From Octopus vulgaris (lineage: Eukaryota), in assembly GCA_951406725.2 (NCBI GenBank), contig OX597826.1, forward strand, positions 22,444,001 through 22,508,000: 64,000 nt of DNA. The letters run 5' to 3'. The notes beneath the pieces are model-generated. The model was not told the DNA's origin. It made no database searches and saw only the letters and a program-made list of their open reading frames with translations. Below, one piece after another: positions 25,001 to 37,700 of the stretch (position 1 is its first letter; the number at the start of each line of letters is the position of its first letter). The translations under genes and the position numbers were made by a program.

Positions 25001-28000
25001 TTTAGTGGTAGCAGAGTTTCTTTAAATGGCCAGAAATTTGTAAATGTAAAAAGCCAACCTCCTCAAATACAACAAACTTTCTACACAAGAATCCCAGACA
25101 TGATAGAGTCTGACAATGGAATGCAATTTGTGTCTTTTGAGTTTAAAAAGTTTTGTAAAATGTAACTACTATGCCATACCATTCCAGATCTAATGGACAA
25201 GTAGAACGCTTTGTTAATATGTTCAAGAGAGCCCTAAGAAAGTTGAATAAGGAAGTCACAGATGAGGTAGCTCTACAACAATTCTTAAGAGTATATTGTG
25301 TGATATCAAATCCAAACACACCAGCAAGTATGCCACCAGTGTAGCTTATGCTAACAAGGAAAATGAAATCAGTCTTGGACAAATTACTAGCTAGGAAGAA
25401 AAGAAAAATTGCAATGGATAATACAGTAAGATATTTCAAAATTGGTGAAAATGTATTTGTTAGGGCATATAAGAATGGAAAACAAAGTTGGGAAGATGGC
25501 ATGATTGCCAAACGCATAGGAAAAATGCTAATACTTGGTAAAAGGAAGAAAAGAGACATAAATCAACTAAAAAACAGATTCACTGAGAGCAAACCGAAGA
25601 GAATGGAAGAACTAATGGAATGGTTATAAGGTACTTTTCAACTATCAATGCCACTACAAATAATTTAACCCAGATGCACAAGTGAATAAAAAAGAAAATG
25701 TATGGAGTTCCTGGAAGTTTATGCCAAATGAAAAAAATACTAAATTTGTAACTGTATAAAAAAAAACTCAAAAAAGGGAGGTGGGGTGAATTAATAACTA
25801 TTGTTAATAAAAAGAAATAAAATTACACTCCCTAAGAAAAAAGAAAAACTTACAAGGGGAGTTGTTGTGGGGATAATAATAATAATACTGGAACACCCCT
25901 CTCACATGATAACTGGTATGGCAGGTGGTTACAAATACTGTGATGTCAAGAAGTCAGACATAGATAGTCATGTCTTACTTGTCTAACTAGCTATACTGCT
26001 ATACTGGAGTAGACATAATAACAGTCCACTGTCGGATTACAACAACCAACAAGGAAGACATGAAAAGGGTATGAGAATAGGACATATAGGTTGACCAGGA
26101 AGATAGGATAGGATGGCTATCCAGGACAGTTTAAGTATTATAGATCTAAATATTTGTATATGTGGTACCCTTAGGCTTATACGGCATTCATACAGATGCC
26201 TGTATGCAGGTATAAGGTACAAAGAGGAAATTCAGCAAAATATGTACCCCAACCCACAGCACAGGAGGAGTATACGAGCTGCCAAGGGAAACAGTTCATG
26301 TACATTTAAATTAAGATGGTGGTGGGAGGAAGGTGGGTGGTAATAACGGGTGTGCAAAAATAGAGGTTGTGTTCAGAACCTGTGCAAATGAATATTACTC
26401 TCTACAGTTAAACGATCTTACAGGAGTGAGTCATAAAATTTTATTATTATTATTCTCTTTCTTTCATGATATGTTGTTCTCCTGGCACTGCTACATCAAT
26501 TATTAGACATTCTTGTGTATCCCTCCTAAAAGTTACTATATGAGCCTTCAGTGCTCTAACACCCTGTCTATCTGGAAATCAAAGTCCCAGAGGATTTTTG
26601 TTTTTCCCATTTTGTCCATTACCTTTTCCAGTGTATGTTGGTACCAAGCACCCATAACCTCATATCCATACTTATAGCATAGTAGCCAGTGGAGGTTTGG
26701 GGCTACCTTGTCGTGTCTATGCTTGTACTCTTTCTGCACAAGACTTTCACAAGTACTAACAATGTGAGTCACACTTTTGACCCACTTTCCACACATTTTG
26801 CAGAGGTCCAGTGCATTTGTGTGGTATATATTCTTTTCTACTGAGTTGGTATTCAATGCCTGATCCTGGGCAGCAATGACTAGGCTCTCAGTATTCTTTT
26901 TTAGGTCACCCTTGTTGAGCCACCTCCACGATGCTTCCAGGTCTTTTAATTTGTTGGTTTCACAGTGGAACTAACCATATAATTCCATACGGAGTAGGGG
27001 TACTCTCTCATTGGCTGTTCTTCATCGAAATTCATGAGCACTCTTAAGTCCATTTTTGTTAACTCCTTCTGCGCTATCAGTATACTGTAGCAGTTCTTGT
27101 TTGCTGTTCACCAAATATTCTGCCATGTTTCTTCCTTCAATGTTGATGCACTCCCGTATGCTAATCAGCCCATGTCCACCTTTACCTCTCTTTATGTAGA
27201 GCTTGTGTATGTTTGCCTTAGGGCACCATGCATTGTCATTGTTTTTCGAGTAGTGTGATCAAGTTGGTCAATCTCCACTTGTATCCATTTCAGGATGGAT
27301 GCACTATAGTGGACTACAGCAACAGCTCATATGTTGAAGGCAGTCACAAAGTTCCTTGTGTTGAGCTTTGATTCAAAAGAAGTTTGAGGCACTTGAAATA
27401 TGCACTGATGACCTTGTCTTTCATTTCTTTGTGCAAGATATTGTCCAGCTCCAAGATCCCAAGGTACTTGTACCCATCATCATCCGGGTTTTCCATTCTC
27501 TCTGTTTGGCAATTCTATGCCCCTACAATTTACTCTTTTCCCCCACTTCAAAGTAAGCACTGCAGACTTCAAGATCCCAAATTCCATCCCTATATCCTTG
27601 CTTCACATTTGCACAGTCTCAGCCAGCTGCTTCATTTTAGGCTCTGTTTTTAGAAACAGCTTTAAATCATCCATGATGAGAAGGTAGTTGAGACGAGGTC
27701 CATTCTTTCTCAGCTCATAGTGCACACTGATTTTGCATAGGACTACAGAAAGTGGGAACAAGGCTATAACAAATAACAGAGGTGAACAAGAATCTCTTTG
27801 GAAGATAGAACTTTTTATTGATACCTCGGCTAAGTGCTGGTTGTTACAGGAAAGACACGTTTTCCAACTAGGCATGCTGTTCTTAATCAGTGCACACACA
27901 TTCTCTGCTATTCAATACATGTCAAGTGTTTCCAAAATCCACAAATGTGGCAACATGTCGTAAACATTTTTGAAGTTTATCCAGGTCATACATCAGTTTT

Positions 28001-28710
28001 TTTGGTACAGTTATTATTATTATTATCATTGAGTGAGAGAGCAGTTCATGCCATCAAAGTGACACTGGGGTAAAATATACGAAGCCCAATATACCCATCA
28101 TGACTACCCGTCTGATAAGGGTACACCAGGCACATGCATCACAACCATATGTGCGCGACATGGTGATCTCATATCAAGATAAACAGCACATGACCTTGCA
28201 GGTGGGGCCCAGTTAGAATTTTCTTCATTTTGAGTAGCCCATCCTGCTCAAACGGTCCCTGAATAAGGGTTGTTTAAGGATGTTGAAAGAACCACCCATG
28301 TTTCCAGAGGTGAACTATTCAAACCCCAAAGAATCCCTCTCAACACATGGCTATGATGCTCCCCCACTACTTCTGCTCGTGATCAGAGATGCACATATCG
28401 TCAGCCACTAAGGGACATGCTCAACTGGTTAAGGTCAAACAACTGACAAGCAAATCTGTGGTATTGAGCAGAATATTTGCTGTAGCCCATCTTTTATACC
28501 AAGACAAAACAATGTACATGATAACACTTCCAATCAGTTAAGATCAGAAGCCATGAGAGCCACTGCCTGGTACTGCATCAGGGCATTGGTACTGCATCAG
28601 GGCATTGGTACTGCATCACGGCATTAAGGTACTGCATCAGGGCATTGGTACTGCATCAGGGCATTGGTACTGCATCAGGGCATTGGTACTGCATCAGGGC
28701 ATTGGTACTG

Positions 28711-28744
<34 letters not shown>

Positions 28745-31700
28745 ATCATCATCATTATTATTAATACCATATTAATACACATGTACATTTTAATCAGCAT
28801 ATTTATTGTATAAAAATGAAGCAATGAGGAGGGAGGCTGGCTGAAATACATGTGGTCTTAGCTGGCAAGATGTTGATGGGAAAGAAGAACTGTAGAAACA
28901 TTGACCAAGTCACATTTGAATAAAATAAGAACTTAACTGTTGATTCAACATAAATAAAAAATATATTTGACCTTCATATTTTCAGATACAAACAAAATGG
29001 TATTTCAAACTAGAAAAATTATGAAATTAAATAAATATCATAAAGAGATCCTTACTTACAGGACTTTTGTAAATTTGATCCAGCAAAATTTCTTTTTGTA
29101 ACCTTATACATTTTTGGGAATTGACATCATTGACAAGCTTTAGAATCCTGGTGATGAAAGAATGAACAAATTATCATTATTATTATGACAATAAGTACCA
29201 CCGCCACCACCACCTCTACAACTAGAAAAGTCCTTAAATTTCAGGGAAAGAAATATAAGTGTGAATGTCTAAATGTTTCTGCAAATTATAAAGAAATACA
29301 ACATATGAAAAATCATGATGTATACCCTACAGAGGCCAATAAACTATATCAACAAAATGGTTAATTATAGAAAAACAGAAGAATAATAGGAAAATAATGA
29401 CGGCTCATCATATTGCAGCTGGCCCTGAGGAAAATTCAAGTGACATGAAGTCATGCAGTTAGTAATTGCATCAGTTATGAATTGGTGAGTACAGATTTTT
29501 GATTTCAACTCAGCATTTTTGGAAGGTGATATCCTGAAGAGAGGGATTTTCTTTAAACTGCCCCTTCTAATGAATATCCAAAATTACAGGTGTGGAAACT
29601 GAAGAGATACATCTATGATGTACCTTGATCATGGTAATAAAAGTCACTCCAATACTCAACAAATTGGGAGTAGTGAGTGTTTAAGACAATATTCTATTTC
29701 TGTAGCATGACGCTATTAGGAAATTTATGAGTGTTTTGGCAATGCCTGTAAAGAATTTTTGTACTGCATAGAAATAAATTGTTTGAAAAGGATGTGATTA
29801 CAATTGTGAAAAGATAATTTAAAGTCAAAATTCATGAGTGGAACATTCAATCATTTAAGCTGTAATGTAAATAATTCCAAGAGTAGAATAACTTTAGATC
29901 AAGACTTATACAATAGAAATAAGGAAAGGAAGGTCACTAAGGATAAAAGATTAGTTAAGAGAAATTGGAATTGAAAAGACTTGCAGGTCAGATGAAGTGA
30001 TTATCTATGCAGACTTATCCCAATGACTAATTGGACATTAGTATAATGAGCAATTCTGGAAAACACCTCAAAGTAAAGATTCTGTTTGAAGCTAATAAAG
30101 CATTATCGAAGTTGAAATCTCAGAAAAGAAAAGGTTCTATTCCATTTCCAATGTTGGAAAAACCTTCAGATCTGAATAATGTCAGTTGTTCTGATACCAC
30201 CTACAAGATGGATCTTCACAGGATGGTTTTGTTATATTTTTGGAGATATTATGATCAAGATGGCTCCAAAACGTTAATCATCCACAAAAACTGGATAATG
30301 TAACAAAGATTCCATTAGCTTCAGAGATTCTTGCACTTAGTAAAGTAACAGATACAGATGTTTTAGTGGCTGCTATAATACGGGAGATATTCCAACTGCC
30401 CTAATCGCCAGAAATGCTCTACAAAACTTTCAACTCATCAATTGTAGTAATTTTAAATTCACCTAAACTTTTAAATGATCATTGTCTTAGAGTTTATGAA
30501 GCAAGAGTAAAAAAAATAGCAATCAACAAAGAAGTTGAGATAGAATGGATCAAAAGTCATGAGGAGATTTCAGAGTGTCTAAAAATGGTAAGTGCTTCCT
30601 CTGAGATTTTGAGGGACATAGTAAACCATTGATTACTGTTTGTATTTACTCTTGAACAGTAGTTTTGTGAACTTTGGAGTTTTGGAAACTTTCAATTTGT
30701 TAGCATTACTATATTAACACCTTGTACATTTAACTGGAATCAGTGATTATAATTAAAAACCCAAGAAGAGAAGACTAGGAATGTTGATATTAGGTTGTCT
30801 TCTTTCTATATAAGCTGTTACCCTTGGCTTAAGCTGTCATTCATGGGCAGATAAGCAACAGTATTTTGTTTATGTAAAAAAACACTCATGTCAGTAGGGT
30901 ATGGTTTAATGGAGAACAGACTACAGAGTGTAATTGAGTCAAAAGAACAAATAACATTGATGATGAACTACTATATAGTACATAATAGACTTGGCATCAT
31001 AGGCCAGGACATCAGGTCATCAACATAGCAATATCAATGATTATAAGGTGGTACAAAATTGAGATGAAAAGCTAAAGAATTTCATCAATCAACCTAATGA
31101 ATTGAAAACATATTGAATTGATCACTTACAGATGTGTCCAACATTCCATTTTTATTTAATACAAATGGACTGATATATAACTACTTGTGCAAAGACACAG
31201 ACAGATTATCTATAAGGATAAATATAGGAATGGCATTCTTATACAGTTTTTGTTAACATTTAATACATTTATGCATGTATCTCAAAAAGTACCTACTTCA
31301 TGTTTTGAAGAAAAAGAGATCTTGATGTATTTTTCAAACCATGAATAATAAAAATCAGTAAATGAAGTTCATAAACAGGAATAAGTTTGCCATACGAAAA
31401 CATATAAACAATGATATTGCAGGCAAGGCTTTCCTTGAAGATGCCTCATGTTAGTCTCAGATCAGCTCTGACAAAGCAAACTTACAATCCTAAGCATTCC
31501 AGCCATGACCATTTTGCTAATTGTCTATCAGGGACTACATTACTGTTCTACTGTTTTTGATAGTAAGGTGTGATCTGAGGTACATTTAACTGCTATTTAT
31601 AGCAAGTCAGGCAACTACATAGAGGCTCCTTCATTAGCTTGATTTTGCTTTTATTGTGAGATAGGCTGTTCAAATATAAACACGTGGTCTTTATTTTAAA

Positions 31701-34700
31701 GATAGCAGGGAAGTCGTTATGGAAAGGATTTCACTGCTATGTCAAGCATTGTATTGTTACGGAATCCCCCGTCGTCGCTCGCCCGAACGGCCCACCCAAG
31801 TTCCGCCACGGGACCCAAAGAGGCGGAGAGAGGAGATACAGATAGATACTGCCACAACCTCAGCAGCACAGAGATACAGAGGCACAACCCGAGATACAAC
31901 CCAAAGAGAGGCAAGGCAACAGAGACACTGGCTTATATTCAAACAACAGTTTATATGACAACCAATTGCTACACATCAAATACATTTAAGGCAGACATTT
32001 AAAGGAAGACATGCACGTGACTACTCAATACATCATACAACAGATCAAAGCATAATACAACAGCAATTCAAGAGTACAGTTCAAAGTTCACGTCCGAAGA
32101 CAACAGTTCTTTAAAGTCTCTTTCTAAACATCACAGATAAAGTCACATCAACAAGTCCTTTACTCAATTCTGAACATAAATACCACAACTCGATAATCGA
32201 CATATCGACAAGTCCTTGACTGTTCTTTCCACTGTTCAATACATCGTGACACGTATCAATGCACAAACACATACCTCAATTCCTAATTGAATCGCCAGTG
32301 TCCCATTCCTCTCAATACTGCTAAATCTTCTGTACATATCCCTTCTGTGCCGCCAAGCCTTCTCGCATCCCAGCTTGCTCGCTAAGATTCCAACGCTTCT
32401 AAGATTCCATCTACTCGCTCTGACTTCCAGGATCCGACTGTCTTCTTCGAGGACCGGCCAGCGACTCCAAGATCCGTCTGTGTTCCTCGACGACCGCTCA
32501 ACGACTGCCCTTCTTGACGACCAACTACCAACTGCCAGACCTCACTTCGTCTCTGTCCTTCTTCCACTCCCTCATCTCCCTCTGTCTATATCGCTCCTAC
32601 CCTTTCTAACTGCTCTCTGATTCCTTACTCTATCTATCCCTTACTGCTTATCCTTTCTATTTGCCCTCTGCTCTTACTCTATCGCTATCGCCTGCCAGAC
32701 TCTTAGCCTCTCCATCCGTCCCTTACTGCTTATACTCTATCTCTCTCATGACAGCTCTACCATACTCTCTGCCTGTCCTTCTCTCTTACTGTCAATACCC
32801 TCTCCATCTGCTCTTAGATTCCCTTAATCTGTCTTCCTCTTTCACATTCTCACTGACCCTTTTCTCAACCGCACGAGGTCACAGGTCCTTCCAAAACTCA
32901 TCAGTCTCCCACTAGACAAAGGACCCGTCACATTTTTACCAGACATGCTGGAACCATAATTCCTAAGTGGGTCACCAGAAATGCACTTAGCCAACTGTAA
33001 CAGTATGTATTGTTCTTATTAACCTGTTCAACTGAGGAAGTGTCAACTGTTTATTTGCGTGAACAATACTTGCGTTATGCAGAGAATAGTTGAAAATGAT
33101 TAATAATTCTGTTGAGAGATTAAATATTTTATGTCTTTGAAGGGAAAGCCATGCCTTTGTGATACAGCTTTTACAATATGACAAAATATTAGTGGGAAGA
33201 TTTGAATTTCAGTTCTTGTATTGGTCTTTAGTTTAGTAAGCAAATATGATAGCCATTGCATCAAATACTAAAATGATTAAAGAAAAAAAAGTTTAAGGAA
33301 ATTGGTGATGGTTTATGATGACAAAAATTATGCAGTGAAATTTGTAAATTTGGATATGTTGGTATGCCATGGGGAAAAGGAGAATACTAAAATGATTACA
33401 TGGTCAATAGGTCAAGAAACAAACTGACCTTATTGTTGAACCACCATAGAGAATTATTTTGTTGTGTACATCTGGATGAAAAACTGCAGTGTCATCTTCA
33501 ATGCTTTTCTCATTACCAAGATCAAGAAGTCCACCTTGTATCTACAACAGACAAGTAAATTTATGTAAACAAAACCCATGGAGTGACTTATTCAGCTGAA
33601 GACAGAGCTATTTATTTCATCATTATCATCATCATCGTTTAACGTCCGTTTTCCGAGCAGGTTGGATGGTTTGACTGGGGACTGGTAAGCCAGTAGGCTG
33701 CACCAGGCTCCAATCTGATCTACAGCTGGATGCCCTCCCTAATGCCAACCGGGAGTGTAGTGGGTACCTTTTACGTGCCACTGGCATGGGGGCCAGTCAG
33801 GCAGCACTAGCATCAACCACGGCTGAATGGTGCTTTTTACATGCCACCGGCACAGGAGCCAGTCAGGCAGAACTGGTATCGACCATGCTTGAATGATGCT
33901 TTTTACATGTCACCAGCATGGGAGCCAATCCGGTGGCATTAGCATTGACCACACTCGAATGGTGCTTTCTACATGCCAGTCAGATGATACTGGCATCAGC
34001 CATGATGATTTCACTTAACTCAACAGGTCTTCTCAAGCAAAGAATAATGCCTGATGAGTGAAGGGTACTCTCAAATGGACCGGTTATGTGACATTGGTTA
34101 TACGATCTCACTTGGCTTCCCAGGTTTTCTCGAGCACAGCAAATCTCAAAAGGTATCAGTCACTTGTTATTGCCTTTCTGAGGCCCAACGTTTAAAGGTT
34201 GTGCTTCACCACATCATCCCAGGTCTTCCTGGCTCTACCTCTTCCACAGATTCCCTCCACAGTTAGGGTGTGATACTTCTTCACACAGCTGTCCTCATCT
34301 ATACATAACATAAGACCATACCAGTGCAGTCATCTCTCTTGCACAAGACATCTGATGCTTCTTATGTCCAACATTTCTCTCTGTTGTGTATGCACACTCA
34401 CATTACACATCCAGTAGAGCATACTAGCTTCATTTCTTTCAAGCCTACACATGTCCTCAACAGTCACAGCCCATGTTTCACTGCTGTGTAGCATGGCTGT
34501 TTACACACATTCATCATACAGTCTACCTTTCACTCTGAGCGAGAGGCCCTTTGTTGCCAGCAGAGGTAGGAGCTCTCTGAACTTTGCCCAGGCAATTCTT
34601 ATTCTAGCAGCTACACTCTCAGAGCATCCACCCCAGCCACTAACTTGGTCACCTAGGTAACAGAAGCTATCAACTACTTCTAGTTTTTTTCCCTGGCAGG

Positions 34701-37700
34701 TGATTGAAGCTGCTTTCTGCACATTTTCAGCGTATAATGTCCCTGTGCATCTGCCACACATAAAAACTATCTTCCCAGTTAACCTTCCTTTGATATTACT
34801 GCACCTCTTATGTGTTCATACGAGTGGTGTTCAATAAGTAATGCCTCTGATCCACTTGCAGAAATTTTGCATGTGCAATTATATATATCTCTATAGATTA
34901 AGTGGCAAATTACAGCTCTGAACTAATTGTGGTTTCTGATTTACAGGTGTTTGAACTGAGTCAAGTGTGAAATGGAGCCTGTTGAGTGTCGAGCAGTGAT
35001 CCAGTTTTTGTATTTGAAAGGTTGCACACCACGGGAGACTTTTGATGAAATGAAAGTAACTTATGGTGATGATGCCCCATCATATGACCTTGAAAAACGC
35101 TGGCATCGTGAATTCAAACATAGTTGGAACTCTGTGGAAACAGCTCCTAGATCTGGTCGCCCCCTTCTTCCATTGATGAGGCATCTGTCCGTCAAGTTGA
35201 GGCTGCCATTTTGGAAGATCGACGCATAACTATTCGCCAAATAGCCCATAAGGTCAAGATTAGTACCGGGTCTGTGGAAACTATCATTCAAGACCATTTG
35301 CATATGCAAAAGGTGTTTGCCAGATGGATTCTCAGGTTGCTCACACCTTTCCAGAAGCAAGAATGCGTCAAGTGCTCGAGGATGAATTTGGAGATGTGCC
35401 AAGAAGATGAGTAAAAATTTTTCAAAAGACTGATTACACAGAATGAGACTTGGGTCCATCACTATGATCCAGAGACCAAAGCCCAGTCAATGCAGTGGAA
35501 GCACCGTGACTCACCTCCTCCAAAGAAGGCAAGGGTGTAGCCATCCGCTGGCAAGGTCATGCTCACAGTCTTCTGGGACCAGGACGGAGTAGTGATGACA
35601 GATTTCCTGGCAAAGGGTACCACAATTACAGGAGCCTATTATGCTTCACTTTTGAGGAAATTAAGAGAAGCTATCAAAATCAAGAGGCGGGACAAGATCA
35701 GCAAAGGTATTCTCCTCCTGCAGATGGGAGAAATGTGTAACTCTGGGTGGTTCCTATGTAGAAAAAGACTAATAACTGTGCCAAGTTTCGTTGCTCTACT
35801 GCTATGGGAAGTGGGTCAGGGGCATTACTTATTGAACGCCCCTCGTAGCTTACACCAGGTACTTATGGAATTTCTACCTATGTCTTACCTACAGATTGAG
35901 CAGGGCCATCTACCTGAAGGGATTTGTGGTTTGTATGAGTCACAATGAGCTACAAGTGATTAAGATGTAAACTGCTTATTATTCTGTGCCCCTAGAAGGA
36001 ACACTTAACTTTCAAAGGAATACATATCATAAAGAAGAGCAGCTCATTGCCATAAACACCATATATAAATTATGGCATATCGAGCTGAGTTCAAACCTTT
36101 ATTTGCATCAAAAAGGCAAATCCCAACATTTAGTACACTCATACTGAGTCAGGAAGATATCTATTAATCACACAATGTATCTTAAAACATTGGAAAATAT
36201 TAAACTCTGCAGCACCTCTGCAGTAAGTATCTTATACAATAGGATCAGGATGATCAAAATCTTGTGAGTCAAATTTGGTAGTCAGAAACTGTGTGAAAGC
36301 CTGGACAATTTGTTTCTGTTCTTGGGTGGTAGACTTAACTATCTGTGTCCACCACATGGACCCTGGATGCTTTTAGTGGAGTTCATTCTGTTGTAAGTAT
36401 TCAAACAAAGACTGAGGATAATTTTTACCTTCCTCTCATCAGTCTTGAAGACCCTGAATAAGAGTTATGAGCACTAGACCTTTTCCTCCCAGATATGAAA
36501 AAAACAAAAAGAAAAATAAACTTATCATCATCATCATCATTTAACATCCGTTGTCCATGCTGGCATGGCTTGGATGGTTTGACCAGGGCTGGCAAGCTGG
36601 GAGGCTGCACCAGACTCCACTCTGTTTTGGCATGGTTTTTATGGCTGGATGCCCTTCCCAACGCTAACCACTCCAAGAGTGTAATGGATGCTTTTACATG
36701 CCACCGGCACAAGTGCCATTTGCATGACACCAGTATCTTCCATGACAGTGGTTTTACTTGGCTTGATGGGTCTTCTTCTCAAGCACAACATAATACCAAA
36801 TGGACTTGGTCATTTCCTCTGTGAGGCCCAATGCTTGAAACCTGACATAATGCTAAGTGATCTCAGTCCTTGCCTCTGTGAGGCCCAACACTCAAAAGAT
36901 GCTTTTACATGCCACCGGCATGGGTGCCATTTGTGTGACACTGGTATCTGCCACAAATGTGATTTTACTTGGGTTGATGGGTCTTCTCAAGCACAATATA
37001 ATGGCAAAGGTCTCAGTTACTGCTTCTGTGAGGCCCAACATTCAAAAGGAGTTCAACCATTTTGCCTCTGTGAGGCTCAACACTCGAAAGGTGCTTTTTA
37101 TATGCTACCTGCATGGGTGCTGGTTATGTGACACCAGCATCAGCCACAGCTGCGGTTTTCACTTGGCTTGATGTGTCTTCTCAAGCACAACATATTGCCA
37201 AAGGTCTTGGTCACTAGCCATTGCCTCCATGAGGTCCATGGTTCAGAGATCATGCTTCACCACCTCATCCCATGTTTTCCTGGGTCTAGCTGGACGTTTC
37301 TAAGGGACAACCTGCTGAGAGCCACTGACCAGATCTGTGGCTGGTGCAAAGTCCCCTCTCGACCTAGAATAATGTGGTGGTTGAACAATATTGTAGACAG
37401 GGCTATTAGAGAAAAGAGACAGGCTTGGAAGGTCTGGAAAAATGGGGATAGCAGGGAATTGTATCAAACTGCCAAAAGAGAAGCTAGGAGACAGGTTTAT
37501 TTAGCCAGAGGGGAAGCAGATAAGAAAAAATTTGCCAATGTTCTGCGCCGTGAGGACCAAAGACTGGAGGTGTTTCGCGTTGCAAGACAGTGTGTGAGAG
37601 AGAATCGTGATGTGGTAGGAGAGAAGTGTGTTCGCATGGAAGATGGTTCACTTGCGCTAAATGAGGATGCAAAGAGAGAGGTTTGGAGATGCCACTATGA

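Noticed and set aside
31717-32915. Overlapping short ORFs in the GC-richer block
   Set aside because: Low-complexity products with no domain motifs; explained by LTR-like base composition.
33763-33985. Regularly spaced 25-bp repeats resembling a CRISPR array
   Set aside because: The spacers resemble each other, the array is inside an RTE 3' UTR, the context is eukaryotic and there are no cas genes.
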